Under the pieces are notes generated by a model. The model was not told where the DNA came from. It did not search any database and worked only from the letters and a program-made list of their open reading frames with translations. A stretch of DNA of 63,222 nt, filler included, from Octopus bimaculoides (Eukaryota), in the NCBI RefSeq assembly GCF_001194135.2. It is 3 parts of 3 records of this genome, joined end to end, with 100 filler letters (N's around TTAATTAATTAA, not from the genome) between each part and the next. Parts side by side here need not be neighbours in the genome. Positions count along the whole stretch, not along the records: positions 30,851 to 52,669 come from NC_068997.1; positions 52,770 to 63,222 come from NC_069004.1; 1 more part is not named here. One strand, 5' to 3'. A program made the position numbers and the translations under genes. This document shows, in pieces, positions 50,168 through 63,222 of the stretch (positions within the stretch are counted from its first letter, which is position 1; every line of letters begins with the position of its first letter).

Positions 50168-51058
50168 AATGATTTCAAATTATGGCACAAGGCCAGCAAT
50201 TCTGGAGGCAAGAATAAGTAGATTACATTGACTCCAGTGATCAACTGGTACTTATTTTATCGACCCCAACAGAACGAAAAGTGAAGTCGACCTCAGAAGA
50301 ATTTGAACTCTGAACATGAAGACAGACAAAATGCTGCTAAGGATTCTTCCAGTTTTCCACCTAACTACAACTAATAAAAAAGTTCCTTCCTGTGTCATAA
50401 AAAACTCATAAGGGCCGGTTTCCTGGTTTCCGTGGCATATATATTGTTCACCTGGATGGGACGCCGGTCCTTTGCAGGGTAACTCATCTTTGCCAGATGA
50501 CCAGACTGGAGCAACATAAAATGAAGTGTTATACTCAAAAACACGATGCGTCACCTGCTCCAGAAATTGAAACCAAAATCTTACGATCATGAGTTCAACA
50601 CCCCTAACCACTAAACCACATGCCTCCAGCTTACTACAACTACTACTACTACTGCTAATAATAATAATAATAATAATAATAATGATAATAATAATAATAA
50701 AGAAAAATAACTGTGTATTACTTACAATGGCATAGGGCTGTCCTGACAATCCATGGAGTCATTTAGGGGGCAGTTGTTGTTGTCCATTCTAAATTGTGAG
50801 ATATAAAAAAAAAGAAAGGAACAAGCATAATGTTAGAAATACTCAAAGTCATTTTACAGCTACTGCATAACAACAACTGGTCGGTTTTGACCAGAAACTG
50901 ACCGACAAGGAACACAAATAAAACACTATCAATATTTTTGTGAAAGAAGAGAATTAGGAAAATAGAGCAATGGCCTTTGTCAGCATGGAATAAAGAGAAA
51001 AAAATTTCACTAAGTGTGATAAAATACTTTGTTGCGAGGGAGAGGAGGAGGAGGAGAC

Positions 51059-51095
<37 letters not shown>

Positions 51096-51589
51096 AAGAG
51101 CGAGACAGACAGAGAGAGAAAGACAGACAGAGAGAGAGAGACAGACAGAGAGAGAGGTGGGGGAAGAGGAGGAGGATATATATGTATGCATATATATATA
51201 TATATATANNNNNNNNNNNNNNNNNNNNNNNNNNNNNNNNNNNNNNNNNNNNNNNNNNNNNNNNNNNNNNNNNNNNNNNNNNNNNNNNNNNNNNNNNNNN
51301 NNNNNNNNCTTTCAGTTTCCGTCTACCAAATCCACTCACAAGGGTTTGGTCAGCCCAATGCTATAGTAGAAGACACTTGCCCAAGGTACCACACAGCCAC
51401 TCCATATATAATATATACATCGGCAATGGTTTTTGATAAGCATCATCAGTGTTTACAATTCTGTAAATAATAATACTAGTATCTTATAAACTTTAAGCTT
51501 ATAAAATACTTCACCCACTGCCCAAGAATTTAAAAAGAAAAGTTCTTGATTTAATTTTTAAAAAAGTAGGAACCACAAGTTTATATTAC

Positions 51590-51742
51590 CCTCTTCTTCA
51601 AAAGTCTTTGGAAAGGCATCATTTTTCACAGTGTCTGGATACAAATATATCAACATCTTCAAATCGTGTATTCTTTTCTCTAAGGATCGAATACTAAGTG
51701 CCTTGTGGTCATATGGCTTCAAGTTCCAAACAGTCATTTTAC
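51590..51742 (-). CDS. Internal coding exon (153 nt, phase 1-1) of the minus-strand host gene
   Basis: tcatccttag acceptor and gtaata donor; open frame GKMTVWNLKPYDHKALSIRSLEKRIHDLKMLIYLYPDTVKNDAFPKTFEEE with ordinary protein-like composition. Confidence 0.7.
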
Positions 51743-51965
51743 CTAAGGATGACAGTAATAGCAATACTTTAAACAAAAACAATAACGGTTTCAAATTTTG
51801 GCACAAGGCCAGCAATTACGGAGGATGGGGTAAGCGAATTACATTAAACCCAGCACTCCACTGGTACTTGTTTCATCAGCTTTGAAAGAATGACAAGTAG
51901 AGCCAACCTCAGTGGAATTTGAACTCAGAACATAAAGATACTAATGGTTCTGCCAGTTTGCTGCC

Positions 51966-52011
<46 letters not shown>

Positions 52012-52199
52012 GTGTGACCATGAGATAGAGAATAGGAAGCCAGACATAGCCTTAATTGAGAAAAAAAACAAACTGTGCTGGATCATAGATATAGGGCTTT
52101 CCTATAAGTAGGTTATCTCCCTTGGTTAGGCGGCGCTCCATGTAGACAATTAAACTTCCGCAGACTATCTACGCTATTGTTATTGTTTTACGTCTTATC

Positions 52200-52376
52200 A
52201 TGGATATAAAGCAATTCGATGATTCAGCTATCGAAATACTTACTGTGCCTGAGTTAAAGAAATATTTAAGATTATATGGACAGTATGTTACTGGAAGAAA
52301 GGCGGACTTGATTGAATGGTTGAAAGGTATAAAAATTCTGTCGATATGGCAACAAAGTAAATTCATCGGACGATAA
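52200..52376 (+). pseudogene. SAP-domain mini-ORF (58 aa), probably a transposon remnant
   Basis: LTVPELKKYLRLYGQYVTGRKADLIEWLK fits the SAP motif; too short for the ORF track; the following sequence is frameshifted. Confidence 0.55.
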
Positions 52377-52569
52377 GTCTGAAGTATCGGACGATACTTC
52401 AGACAGGAATAAGCAGAAGTATTGCCTGATCCCAATCTGCTTTCAGCAACTATTCACTGATTTGGCCATGAGCATGATGAGGTGTAGAAGAGGTAGGGAC
52501 AGTCACACTATAAAGTCTAATAATTAGAGGAATATTAGATTCAATGCTGTAAGTTTATTATTTAATCAA

Positions 52570-52610
<41 letters not shown>

Positions 52611-53107
52611 AAAATGAGAATGTGTGATTGATTTCAAGGCCTTCCCAGATAAGAGACTGGTTATTCTAANNNNNNNNNNNNNNNNNNNNNNNNNNNNNNN
52701 NNNNNNNNNNNNNTTAATTAATTAANNNNNNNNNNNNNNNNNNNNNNNNNNNNNNNNNNNNNNNNNNNNATATATATATATATAGTCAGTAGTTCATATA
52801 TCTGAACAGAAAAGCACACTCTAAAACATAAGAGCAGTAACATATTTTTTTAGTAAGGTAAATGTTATGGTCTACCATAGAGTGACCAATGGTTTCATGC
52901 CTATAAAGTACTTAGAAGTATAAGCAACTTGTCAGACTCCAATGGCTAAAGGCACATATGTTTATATTTATATAAGAATACACACACACTTGCAGACACA
53001 GACAGGCAAACATACATACAAATGTTAACAAATAGAGAAACATATCCACACACAGAGGAATATGTATAGCGCAACATGTACACACACACACACATGCACA
53101 CACGCAC

Positions 53108-53197
53108 CTAGCACTGTGCAACTCCTGGCTGATGTTGTCCTCAATTTCCAAGACAGCAAGACATTATTTGAAAGGAGTCTGCCTATTAAAGGAACAT
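53108..53197 (-). CDS. Internal coding exon (90 nt, phase 1-1) of an unidentified minus-strand host gene
   Basis: ttttatctag acceptor and gtgcgt donor; open frame (D)VPLIGRLLSNNVLLSWKLRTTSARSCTVL; phase matches the next exon. Confidence 0.55.
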
Positions 53198-55187
53198 CTA
53201 GATAAAATGACTCAATTGATTCTTAATACCCATTTCTTAAGTGAGAGCTTTTTAAGTAATAAACAAATTCATGTAGAAAGAATATTAGAAATGGTACTTC
53301 CCAATCATAACCACTGCTATGATTATTCTAAAATTATCAAAATGTCGTTAGTCCTTAAAATTGTCAGTCGTTTTACCATGGAGTCTGATTGAGTAATCTA
53401 ATTAGACAATACGACAATACATTACATTATTTTAAAAATTAACCAGATTCATAGCTATCTGTTAGGTGACTATTTTCATTAGCTGTGTTGTGCTAAAATA
53501 TGCAAGAAATTAACTAAATTAGTAACATTAATTGTAAGAATGAATTAATTTCAAAAGTTTTCAGATGAAAGAGTAACAAAGAGATTGTGAATAAAGAATG
53601 CAAAATGACCAAAACCTTAATGAACAAACAAACGAAGCATTTATGCACACATTAACGAAGCATGTTGCAATGATTAAACTTTTAAAGCAATCATTAGGAA
53701 TGTTTAACATTCATTTTTGTGCAATTAATTACGATGCTATTATTTTCACTATTTTAAAAGAAATATCGTTGAAGTAGGAGATCAATAAGTATGGGATCAT
53801 TAAGCAAGACATTGCTATAATTTGAACATGTTAAGCAAACAAGCAGAATGACCCACCACCACCCCACTAACTTACCCCCTTCCACCTTAGCTCATGTGTG
53901 TCATAATCAAAAACACAAGAAGGGGTTTGTGGAAGATAAGTTAGTTTGGTTTACTCATAAATAGAACACGATCAAGCTTTCACTATCAAGTGAAACTTAA
54001 ATTTATATAGACTAGCTTTCTATCCCAAGAAAAAGTTATCTCTCATCTGCTAAATGTTACAAAAATTGGAGAGGAGCACTGATCCTAAAAGTTCAGGAGA
54101 GTGTAGTGAGTGCTTTTACGTGCCACCAGCACAAGGGCCAGTCATGCGGTACTGGCAACGGCCATGCTCAAAATGGTGTTTTTTACATGCCACCTGTACA
54201 GGAGCCAGTCCAGTGGCATTGGCAACGACCTCACTCAGATAATTTTCTAACGTACCACCGGCACAAGTGCCAGTAAGGCGATGCTGGTAGTAAGGCGACA
54301 CTGACATGTGCAATAGATATCTGTCATGTGCCTCAAATATCTGTCATGTACCACAGATATTTGTGATGTACTACAGATATCTGTTAGCAGACTTTGGGCT
54401 AAATTTTATCATTTGATTTGTGTCTTAGCCATAAGCAGATCATTGTTAATTCTGACTGCATGCCATCATAAGACTCAAAAGAGACAATCATAGGGAATTT
54501 CGTTGAAACTTCCTTATTGGCTCACATTGTTGCAGTGTTTAATATAATTGTTAAGGGGCATTAAGGTGGGATTTACCAACTACAATAAACAGGGGTTAAG
54601 TGAAGATACCAATACACAAGTCCTCCAATTAGTTCATGTGATCCCTATTTCAAAGATGAAAAAGGGGTTTGTTAACAAAAGATTTGTTGTCTCCAATGTA
54701 GGGGGTCAAGTGACTGTGTAGAATGGAGCTCTTTCATTGGTTGATTATAAGATCCCCATTTTCAAGATGAAATACAATTGTTCAGAGAAGACAGGTTTGG
54801 CAGTTGTACAGAGTCGGTAGAGCGATTGTTACATAGAGGTGTCTTCTCTCCCCCGACTCCACTCTGCTCTCAGTGCCTTTGTCAGCTGCTGATATATAAC
54901 ATGTGATGTAGCCTTTGGCAACTTTATGACATAATTAAACTCGTTAGTAATTTTTAGTGATGCTGTAACCAAGGCAACAGAAAATTTCAATATGAAGCTA
55001 TATAATAAGACTGCGATTCAAAGTCAGAGTTACATCAGACAATTTTATGAGAGGAAGAAGAAAATAACAACGAAATAGATTGCAAAAAAAAAAAAAAATT
55101 TTTTTTTTTTAAATCCGAAAAGAATGAAAAAAAAATAAAACAAAGATCAATAGAATTGGAAAAGCTGAAAGAGAAATAATTCCCCGT

Positions 55188-55201
55188 GTTTCTATGGCAA
55201 C
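55188..55201. promoter_or_regulatory. Candidate RFX X-box
   Basis: GTTTCTATGGCAAC closely matches the palindromic X-box consensus and lies in unique-looking sequence. Confidence 0.35.
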
Positions 55202-55306
55202 AAAGACTTTGTTGCATGTGAAGTGAGGGTTGTGCAGTGATTTTCCTCAGCAATGATAGCCATCTCTGCATCTATTAACATATAAAATATAATTTGATTT
55301 TATAAG

Positions 55307-55349
<43 letters not shown>

Positions 55350-56341
55350 GGCATATGTGTATAGGCATGCGTATGTATGTATGGGTACGTATGTGTGTGT
55401 ATATGTGCATGTGTGTGTAAATGTATGGGTGTGTACGCAAGGGTGTGCATGTATGTGCATACGTATGTGTGTATGTATATATGTGTGTGTGGTGCTTGCA
55501 TGTGTGTGTGTGTGTGTGTGTGTTTACATATATGCATGTCTGACCATGTACAAATGTGTGGGTATGTTTCTATGTGTGAGTCTTTGTGTGTACATGTTAG
55601 TGTAGAATTGTTATGTGTACGCATGTGTTTGAGAGTATATGCGCATGTGTGTGCATCTGCCTGAATATGTGTGTGTGTGCATGTGTGTGTTTAAGTGTGA
55701 TTAGAACCTCAAGAGAAGAAACCCAACACACACACACACACACACACACACCTACCCAGTCCACCTCCAGGCCTACCCATCAGTCAGTTCCAGTATGGTT
55801 CAGTGAAGTGTGACCAAAGTAACAAAAATTAATAACATACAACACAATATCTCTCCAAGAATCATTAATGGTAAATTTACTTTCTTTTACCTCCTCTNNN
55901 NNNNNNNCCATTTTCTTCCACACCCAAAATAAACTTTTAATAGAATCAATACCCGGATTATAGACGTCCGCCTCTTCTTTGACCGGTCTCCGACACTGGA
56001 GTGAGGCCAGTCAGGAATACCCCAGCCAATGGTTTTGAGTTGGTTGTATCGACCGAGGTCCATACAGCTGTCTGCTACTTTTTTCATGAATCTCTATTTA
56101 CCAAATCGCTAAGCTTCACCTTTTTTGACATAAAGGGAAAATGCTTGATACACTGCCTTAGATTGCTATATACACACACACACACACACACATGGACATG
56201 GTATATATATAAATATACACACACATTTGTCCATATATATATATGTACACAAACGCACACACATTAATTGCACAAATAGTTTACATTTAAAATAACATTT
56301 TTGTGCACAAAACAACTCGTAAGAAGGATTAATTACTACAT

Positions 56342-56430
<89 letters not shown>

Positions 56431-57036
56431 CCTTTCTGCTATAGGTACAAGGCCTGAATTTTGGAGGGGTGGGGGCAAGTTGATCTCATTGACTTCAATA
56501 CTTGACTGAAACAAGTAAAAGAGTAAAAGAGTAACCCTAAAATTCCAGACTTTGTGCCTATAGTAAAAAGGATTATTATTATTGTTGTTGTTGTTTTTGT
56601 CTTCTGGTTGATATCAAAGTAAATGTGAAAAAAGTATTCTTAAAACATAACAAAATATTAAAAACATTCTTTGCATGTTCTATAAAAAAAAAAAAAATTG
56701 TCATAAATTTATAATTTTATTTTCACAGATTGTCGTTCGATGTGAAATTCCGGAGAAAAATAAGTTGTCTTTGAGGAATTGGATCACATCAAAAAAAAAT
56801 TATTGACGTCTGGAAACAGGACCAAGTGGAATTTAACATAAATAACAATAATGATTTCTTTTATTGGCCACAAGAGCACAAGACATTGAGGGCAGCATCA
56901 AAGGATAAAATACAACACACAATAATAATCAAAAGTAAATGTTGAAGAATGAGTGAGGAGCTAAGTGTCTCATTGGCAGCACCAAAAGTGATTCCAAGCA
57001 AGAATCAGTTACCAAAGTTACCAAGTTTGGAACAAT

Positions 57037-58398
57037 ATGAATGAAAGAAATCTGCATCATCATCGACAACTCCATGAATGGTACGAGCTGCATAAGTTCA
57101 ACCAGCTAAACAACAACAACAACAACAACAACAGTGGTAGTGGAGGTGGTGGTGGTGGTGGCAGCGGTGGCGGTGTCGGAAACATGTGCGTGACTGCATC
57201 GTTGACGCCTTACTTATCACCGCAGAAGGCCATGTGGATCGAGAACTGGAGGCAGGAGGTGAACAAGGCCTTCTTTAAGATACCCGACACCCAGGTGTCG
57301 ACGACGGCCAACACCACTGCTCAAAGCAGTGAAACCAACAACAACAACAACAATAACAATAACAACAAGAACAACAACAGCATTATTGCTAATGGTGTTG
57401 TGGTGAATTCGAAACTGAAAAATGGAATATTGCCAAAGAACGGCATCAAATTAAACCAAAGTCTGAATGGACATTTAAGTAGTCAACACACCCCAGCTAA
57501 AAGTGCTGAATGGAAAGATCAAGTTAGCAAAAGCCCTTTACAACTGCAGTCAAAGGTCCTCTCTTGTAGTTTTTCAGATTTAAACCTCCAGCCGGGTTAT
57601 AATCTAGAAAAGAAGTCATCAAGGAAACGAAATGGTAAATTCTGTCCTAACGACCAAAACCTTTTAAAATTTTCAGACACAAAAACATCGGCAAAGTCAG
57701 TTTCATCAAAAGACTGTCAGCATGCACGACTGAATGAGGTTCATGTAGGGGTGTTCCCCCCATCAGATGAGAGTGGAGAGGAATTATTTCAGTCGAAACC
57801 TAAAGATGGGGTCACAACTTTGGCTTTGCGTTCTTCCTCGAATAGCTTGCTTAATGTAATTTCTGTTGATGATTGTCGTGCGACAGTGCACTATCACACG
57901 CCGCACAAGTCTACGACAGCTACCGCTGAAGGGTACCAGCCTTTGGAGCAGAAAAATAGTCCACAAAGTACGACAAAAACTCAGAAGCGACTGCTGAAAA
58001 GGCTACAGGCTCGATATTTGAGTCAAAACGGGACAGACCCCACTGCTTTATGCACTTCAAACCATTCCAGTATTGCTTCTGAACACCTGGAAGATTCGTT
58101 GTGCCCTGCGACTGCGAGTAAAGACTTTAACGCAGTCACGCATGACACAATTCACAAGGAGTCGAGTCGCACAACAAAATCAAATTCTTTCACGGCATCG
58201 AGTGACAGTCCTGTGTTCAAGAGACTCAATACAAACCTGCGAAAACACATGAAGACATTGCTTCAGTCACAGAGGAATGCTGTCAAGTCACGATTGAAAC
58301 CAGCTGAACGCCAGTCGTCTACATCGGGATGTTGCCTGCGTGTCTGTGAATTACAAGGGGACTGTAATCCCTCTGATGAACACCTACATAGTAGCTAA
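57037..58398 (+). CDS. 453-aa low-complexity (Asn/Gly/Ser/Thr-rich) protein of unknown function; single-exon CDS or large terminal exon
   Basis: 1.36-kb stop-free ORF in otherwise stop-rich DNA; poly-N and poly-G runs flank ordered-looking segments (SPQKAMWIENWRQEVNKAFF); followed by AT-rich UTR-like sequence with AATAAA motifs. No family recognised; the true 5' end is uncertain. Confidence 0.65.
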   Translation: MNERNLHHHRQLHEWYELHKFNQLNNNNNNNNSGSGGGGGGGSGGGVGNMCVTASLTPYLSPQKAMWIENWRQEVNKAFFKIPDTQVSTTANTTAQSSETNNNNNNNNNNKNNNSIIANGVVVNSKLKNGILPKNGIKLNQSLNGHLSSQHTPAKSAEWKDQVSKSPLQLQSKVLSCSFSDLNLQPGYNLEKKSSRKRNGKFCPNDQNLLKFSDTKTSAKSVSSKDCQHARLNEVHVGVFPPSDESGEELFQSKPKDGVTTLALRSSSNSLLNVISVDDCRATVHYHTPHKSTTATAEGYQPLEQKNSPQSTTKTQKRLLKRLQARYLSQNGTDPTALCTSNHSSIASEHLEDSLCPATASKDFNAVTHDTIHKESSRTTKSNSFTASSDSPVFKRLNTNLRKHMKTLLQSQRNAVKSRLKPAERQSSTSGCCLRVCELQGDCNPSDEHLHSS

Positions 58399-60251
58399 AA
58401 GACAGGCACAGTGAAACATGTGTAATGGAGCATAAGGAGTTGATTTAAGAGATATACAGCAGAAAGAAGTTTGAAGTTTGTTACTCTTAACACTAAACAG
58501 ACGTCTGATAACCAACCAAAATATGAAATACAGGTTTGTTAGAGCATGAAATCTAAAGAACACCGGAAAGCTCGAGTGAGGCATTTGAAATTCGTTACAA
58601 GTAAGAGTGTAATTGACAGTGGATAATTTTCAGAACGTGAAGTTTATTGTGAATCTAGAACAAAAAGAAAAGAAAAAAGCCAGAATGACAAGAGATGTGA
58701 CCCCAAAAAGCTAACTACTGTACCTCGAAAAAGTTGATGTGAAATTTTGATTTGGAAAACAAAACATTTAAAAAGGTATATATAAAAAGAGAAAAAAAAA
58801 AAAACGGAAAAAAAAACTACCTGATGTTATCAATTTATTTTAAAAGTGTCAAAAGCAAGAAATTCAAAAAATTTATTATATTTAATAAAAAAAAAAAAAG
58901 GAGTTTAAAATGAGGAAGGGAAAGAAACAACAACAACAAGGAAACTGTTGTAGAATTTCTATGACATCACTAATTACGATCTTAGGAAAGAATGTGCATG
59001 TGTGAGATCTTTTTTTTTTTTTTTTCTCCTTAAACAGGTCAGAAATATTCCCTAGTGGAATAACTATATTTCTGTACCAAAAGCCATTTACATGAATGGA
59101 AATATATAAACATATTTTTTTGGAACTAATAAACAGAAACATTCAAAGACTTCCAAAGAATGTTGTCAACACCAGTCTTTCATTTACAGCAGGTAATATT
59201 CCTCGAATCATTGGTTCAGTTTTGGTTAAAAAATGGTAAGATTCTTCAATAGAATAACCTGACCATTTCCAAAGGATTGTTTTGTTTTGTTTTCTTTTAT
59301 CTGATTTTTTTTTAAACAAAAGTTAAAAAAAAAAAATTATGCAATAAATACAGAAAAAAATTAATTAAATAAATATTGACTTTGTAAATGGATGTGTGTA
59401 TATAAATAACTATATATAAATATATTAATGTATACAGTATTGAAGATCTATTTCAGCCCATCTTACCAATCAGTTTCGCACTGGCAGAATGTAGGGTTTT
59501 GTACATGTCTAGGGTGTTTAAAATTTAGGGTTGTTGTTATTTAGTTTAAACAGACCTATCACTAAAGGCAATCCAAATATGGCCATCCTATCATTTTAGA
59601 ATTATGTAAGACTACATTATTTAATGTATCCTGTTCTTGAGAGACAGAGAGAGAGAGAGAGGGTAAGGTGTAATACAAAGGAGATTTGGTTGCTATTTCT
59701 ACAGGTTAAGTGACCTTTGTAGGGGCAGGAGTATGATTTTGTAGGTTGAGGGCACAGGAAATGAGTATTGAAAGTACATACAAGCAATTAAAACACTCAC
59801 ACAAAGCAGAACATCAACAAATGCACAAACACAAACGTATGTACACACACACACACTAATAACCAACATCATGTACGTACACACATCTTCCTCACTTTAA
59901 CTGCCCCTCTCTTTCTCTATCATCTCCTCTCTTTCAATACCTCTCTCTATCTGTCTATCTCTCTCTTTTTCTCACACATAACATACAAACACTAAATGTC
60001 TTATGTATTCACAAACAGAACCATTTCAAACATATTAACACACACACACACAAAATACAGGTCATATGCAGACAAAACCATCACCACAAATATACTCACA
60101 CACAAACATGCATACACACACACACACACACACACACGTACAGGTGCATATGTGTGTGTGTGTGTTTATGTATGTATTCCATACATAAAACCAACCCCCA
60201 AACATAAGCTCAAATTTATGAACACTCACATATATACAAACAACTATCTCC

Positions 60252-60282
<31 letters not shown>

Positions 60283-60762
60283 AACAAGCAAACAAACAAA
60301 TCCACCTCCACATACAAATACACACATACACATACATGCATATAAATACACAATAAAAATTAAAACCTCCTCCGCACACAAATATGCAGACAAACATATA
60401 TATTTATACATACATACACACATACATATACACAATTAAAAACAAACAAAAACCACCTCCGCACACAAATACATACATACATACACACACATTTATACAT
60501 ACACACATATGTATATACACAAACATACACACACAAATACACATCAATGAACAAAAAAGACTGGGTTTTCAAACAAAAAAAATTCTTTTTTAATCAAGAA
60601 CATATATAAATTTTAAAAAAAAATTAAAACTAGCCTAGTTTTTCCTTATTTTAATTCTTTTTTATTTATTTGTATAGAATTTTTATAAATTAATTTATTA
60701 AAGAAAATAAAAATAGAGAAATTAAATTTTTTGAAAACGAAACAAAGAATAACAACAATAAC

Positions 60763-60801
<39 letters not shown>

Positions 60802-63222
60802 CCTAACGAGAAGAATTAATCCAAGAAGACCAAAACGGAATCAACTAAAAGAATGAATTAAAGAGAATCAGACAATATTGGAAATCATAAGAATTACACA
60901 ATTCTCATTCATGGGAGGAGGAGGAGGAGGAGGAGGAGGAGTAGGTGGTGGTGGTGGTGGTGGAAATGGTAGTGCCAGTGCTGCTGCTGCTTACTAGTGT
61001 AGGTGGCAGTGTTAATGTTGGTAATGTTGTTGTTGTTGATGATGATGATGGTGGTGTTGGTGGTGGTGGGTGGGTTTTTGTTTTGTTTTTATTGTTGTTG
61101 TTCATGAATGTTTTTTTTTTTCAAGACAATTGCTATTATTACGATATTCTATTGAATATATTGAAACAGTGTCAGATATTGATAACTTCAACAAACATCT
61201 GGCCTGCTCTTTAACAACAACAACAACAACAACAATAATAATAATAATAATGGTAATAATAATGATGATGGTAATGATAATATAATAATAATGATGATGA
61301 TGATGAGGATGATGGTTCCATCCTCCACTGCCTTCATAATGCAAGTGATGATGATGATAATATAAGAAATGAAAACAAAGACATCAAACCAAATAGAAAG
61401 ATCTGCAAATAAAGATAACCAGAATGTGGGGTCTAAAAAGAGAAACAGTTCTGATGATGATGATGATGATGATGATGACGGTGATGGTGGTGGTGGTGGT
61501 GGTGGTGATGCTGACAGGGGTTGTGGTAATGGTAATGGTGGTGATGGTGGTGGTGGTGGTGGTGGTGGTGGTGATGCTGACAGGGGTTGTGGTAATGGTN
61601 NNNNNNNNNNNNNNNNNNNNNNNNNNNNNNNNNNNNNNNNNNNNNNNNNNNNNNNNNNNNNNNNNNNNNNNNNNNNNNNNNNNNNNNNNNNNNNNNNNNN
61701 NNNNNNNNNNNNNNNNNNNNNNNNNNNNNNNNNNNNNNNNNNNNNNNNNNNNNNNNNNNNNNNNNNNNNNNNNNNNNNNNNNNNNNNNNNNNNNNNNNNN
61801 NNNNNNNNNNNNNNNNNNNNNNNNNNNNNNNNNNNNNNNNNNNNNNNNNNNNNNNNNNAAAAAAAAAAAAAAAACCTTTCATCTAAATTTCCTGTTAATT
61901 TATATTCCAAACACCAGATTATTAATGGCGAAAGTTATTTTACAAAATTCTTCCATTATTTTCAAAATTGATAGAAACAAAAGCAAAATATTTCAAGAGA
62001 AATATGGTAACACAATGTTTAAAAAGGAACACCCAAGACTTGAAAATATTCTCTGACATCATCCGTCTGTGAATCTATTACCAATATTGCAATCATCACT
62101 GCTGTTGGCTAATTGAGAACCATGCCCCATCGTTATCGACACGCCATTTTTGTTTTCCAACAGAAATCTTTAATCTTTAATCTTTAATCCATTTTAACAT
62201 TCATACACTTTGCTTTGTCTTAGTCATAGATTATCTTGTAGCTTTGAACATTTTGACGATGTAATCATTTATTTCCAAAATGACATTGCAGGGCAGATGT
62301 GAGATGCCAGATCTAGCCAGTTTGAACATAAAACAGGAAGAACATTTGGGCTGGGTATGGACGGTTTAAATGCTAAAAGATAACTCCTGCAAACATCATC
62401 ATCATCATCATCATCATTTAGCATCCATTTTCTATGCTGGCATGGATTAGATGGCTTGATTGGAATTGGTAAATCAGAGAGCTGTACCAAGCTCCAGTCT
62501 ATTTTGGCTTGGTTTCTAGGGCTGGATGCCCTTCCTAATGCCAACCACTCCACAAAGTGTAGTGAGTGCCTATTACATGTTACCGGTATTTAGAATAAAA
62601 TCTTGTTGCCCTTCATCAGAATCTTCTAGATTTTATCTCAACAGTTGTATACATCATCTGCATCTTTGATTTTCCATTCCAAGAGAATGTCTAGTTGCTG
62701 TGAGTCTTGCAGTCATTGACAAAGCGCAATACTCAAAGGAGACCCAAATTAGTGCCATCTGTGAGTGGACAGTTACAAAGGGTTTAATTCTGGACTGACA
62801 ACCCATCTTCTTAATCAACATATAGCACTCCGTCAGTTACAACAATGAGGTTCTCAGCTGATATGATCAACAGAACAGCTTGCTCGTGAAATTAATGTGC
62901 AAGTGGCTGAGCACTCCACAGACATGTGTACCCTTAACATAGTTCTCAGGGAGATTCAGCACTATATAGAAGGTGACAAAGCTGGCCCTTTGAAATACAG
63001 GTACGACTCATTTTTGCCAGCTGAGTGGACTGCAGCAAACATGAAATAAAGTGTCTTGCTCAAGGACATAACGCGTCGCTAGGAACTGAACTCACGACCT
63101 AATGATCATGAGCCAAATACCCTAACCACTAAGCCAAGCACCTTTCAGAGTCAATAAATTAAGTACCAGCAAAGTTAGTGGTGCTTTTGGTGGTAGTGGT
63201 GGTGGTTTTGGTGGTGGTGGTA

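Noticed and set aside
54400-54960. Unique-looking sequence with CCAAT motifs as additional coding exons
   Set aside because: Stops in most frames; only a short phase 0-0 candidate that does not link to the known exons. It may be UTR or regulatory.
61490-61599. GGT-rich tandem repeat encoding Gly/Asp runs
   Set aside because: Simple-repeat expansion next to a gap, with no coding support.
647-62056. Many ORF-track entries rich in X, IY, CV/HT, poly-I/N/D/H
   Set aside because: Translations of N gaps and (AT)n, (GT)n, (ATT)n, (CAT)n microsatellites.
1-63222. CRISPR arrays, rRNA, prokaryotic operons
   Set aside because: None seen; the recurring sequences are dispersed eukaryotic SINEs and MITEs, not repeat-spacer arrays.

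Overview
Repeat-rich, gap-rich animal genomic DNA from a draft assembly. The SINE families, microsatellite density and overall style suggest an octopus/cephalopod (inference, not verified). Most of the window is SINEs, simple repeats, fold-back MITEs and decayed LINE, Gypsy, Penelope and mariner fragments. The standout is a tandem pair of intact genes with uninterrupted ORFs from the bacterial-type tryptophanase / tyrosine phenol-lyase family (35096-36574 and 40242-41612, both +), each on a contig carrying host repeats. Manual alignment to recalled C. freundii TPL and E. coli TnaA sequences shows reciprocal active-site losses. Paralog A has Arg at the PLP Schiff-base Lys and has lost most same-subunit PLP/substrate ligands, but keeps the residues donated from the neighbouring subunit (Tyr71, Glu69, Tyr291 equivalents). 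Paralog B keeps the PLP site but has lost exactly those donated residues. This predicts an obligate heteromeric tryptophanase-like enzyme built from two individually inactive subunits. The window also holds four phase-compatible 3' exons of an unidentified minus-strand host gene (47846-53197) and a 453-aa low-complexity ORF (57037-58398).
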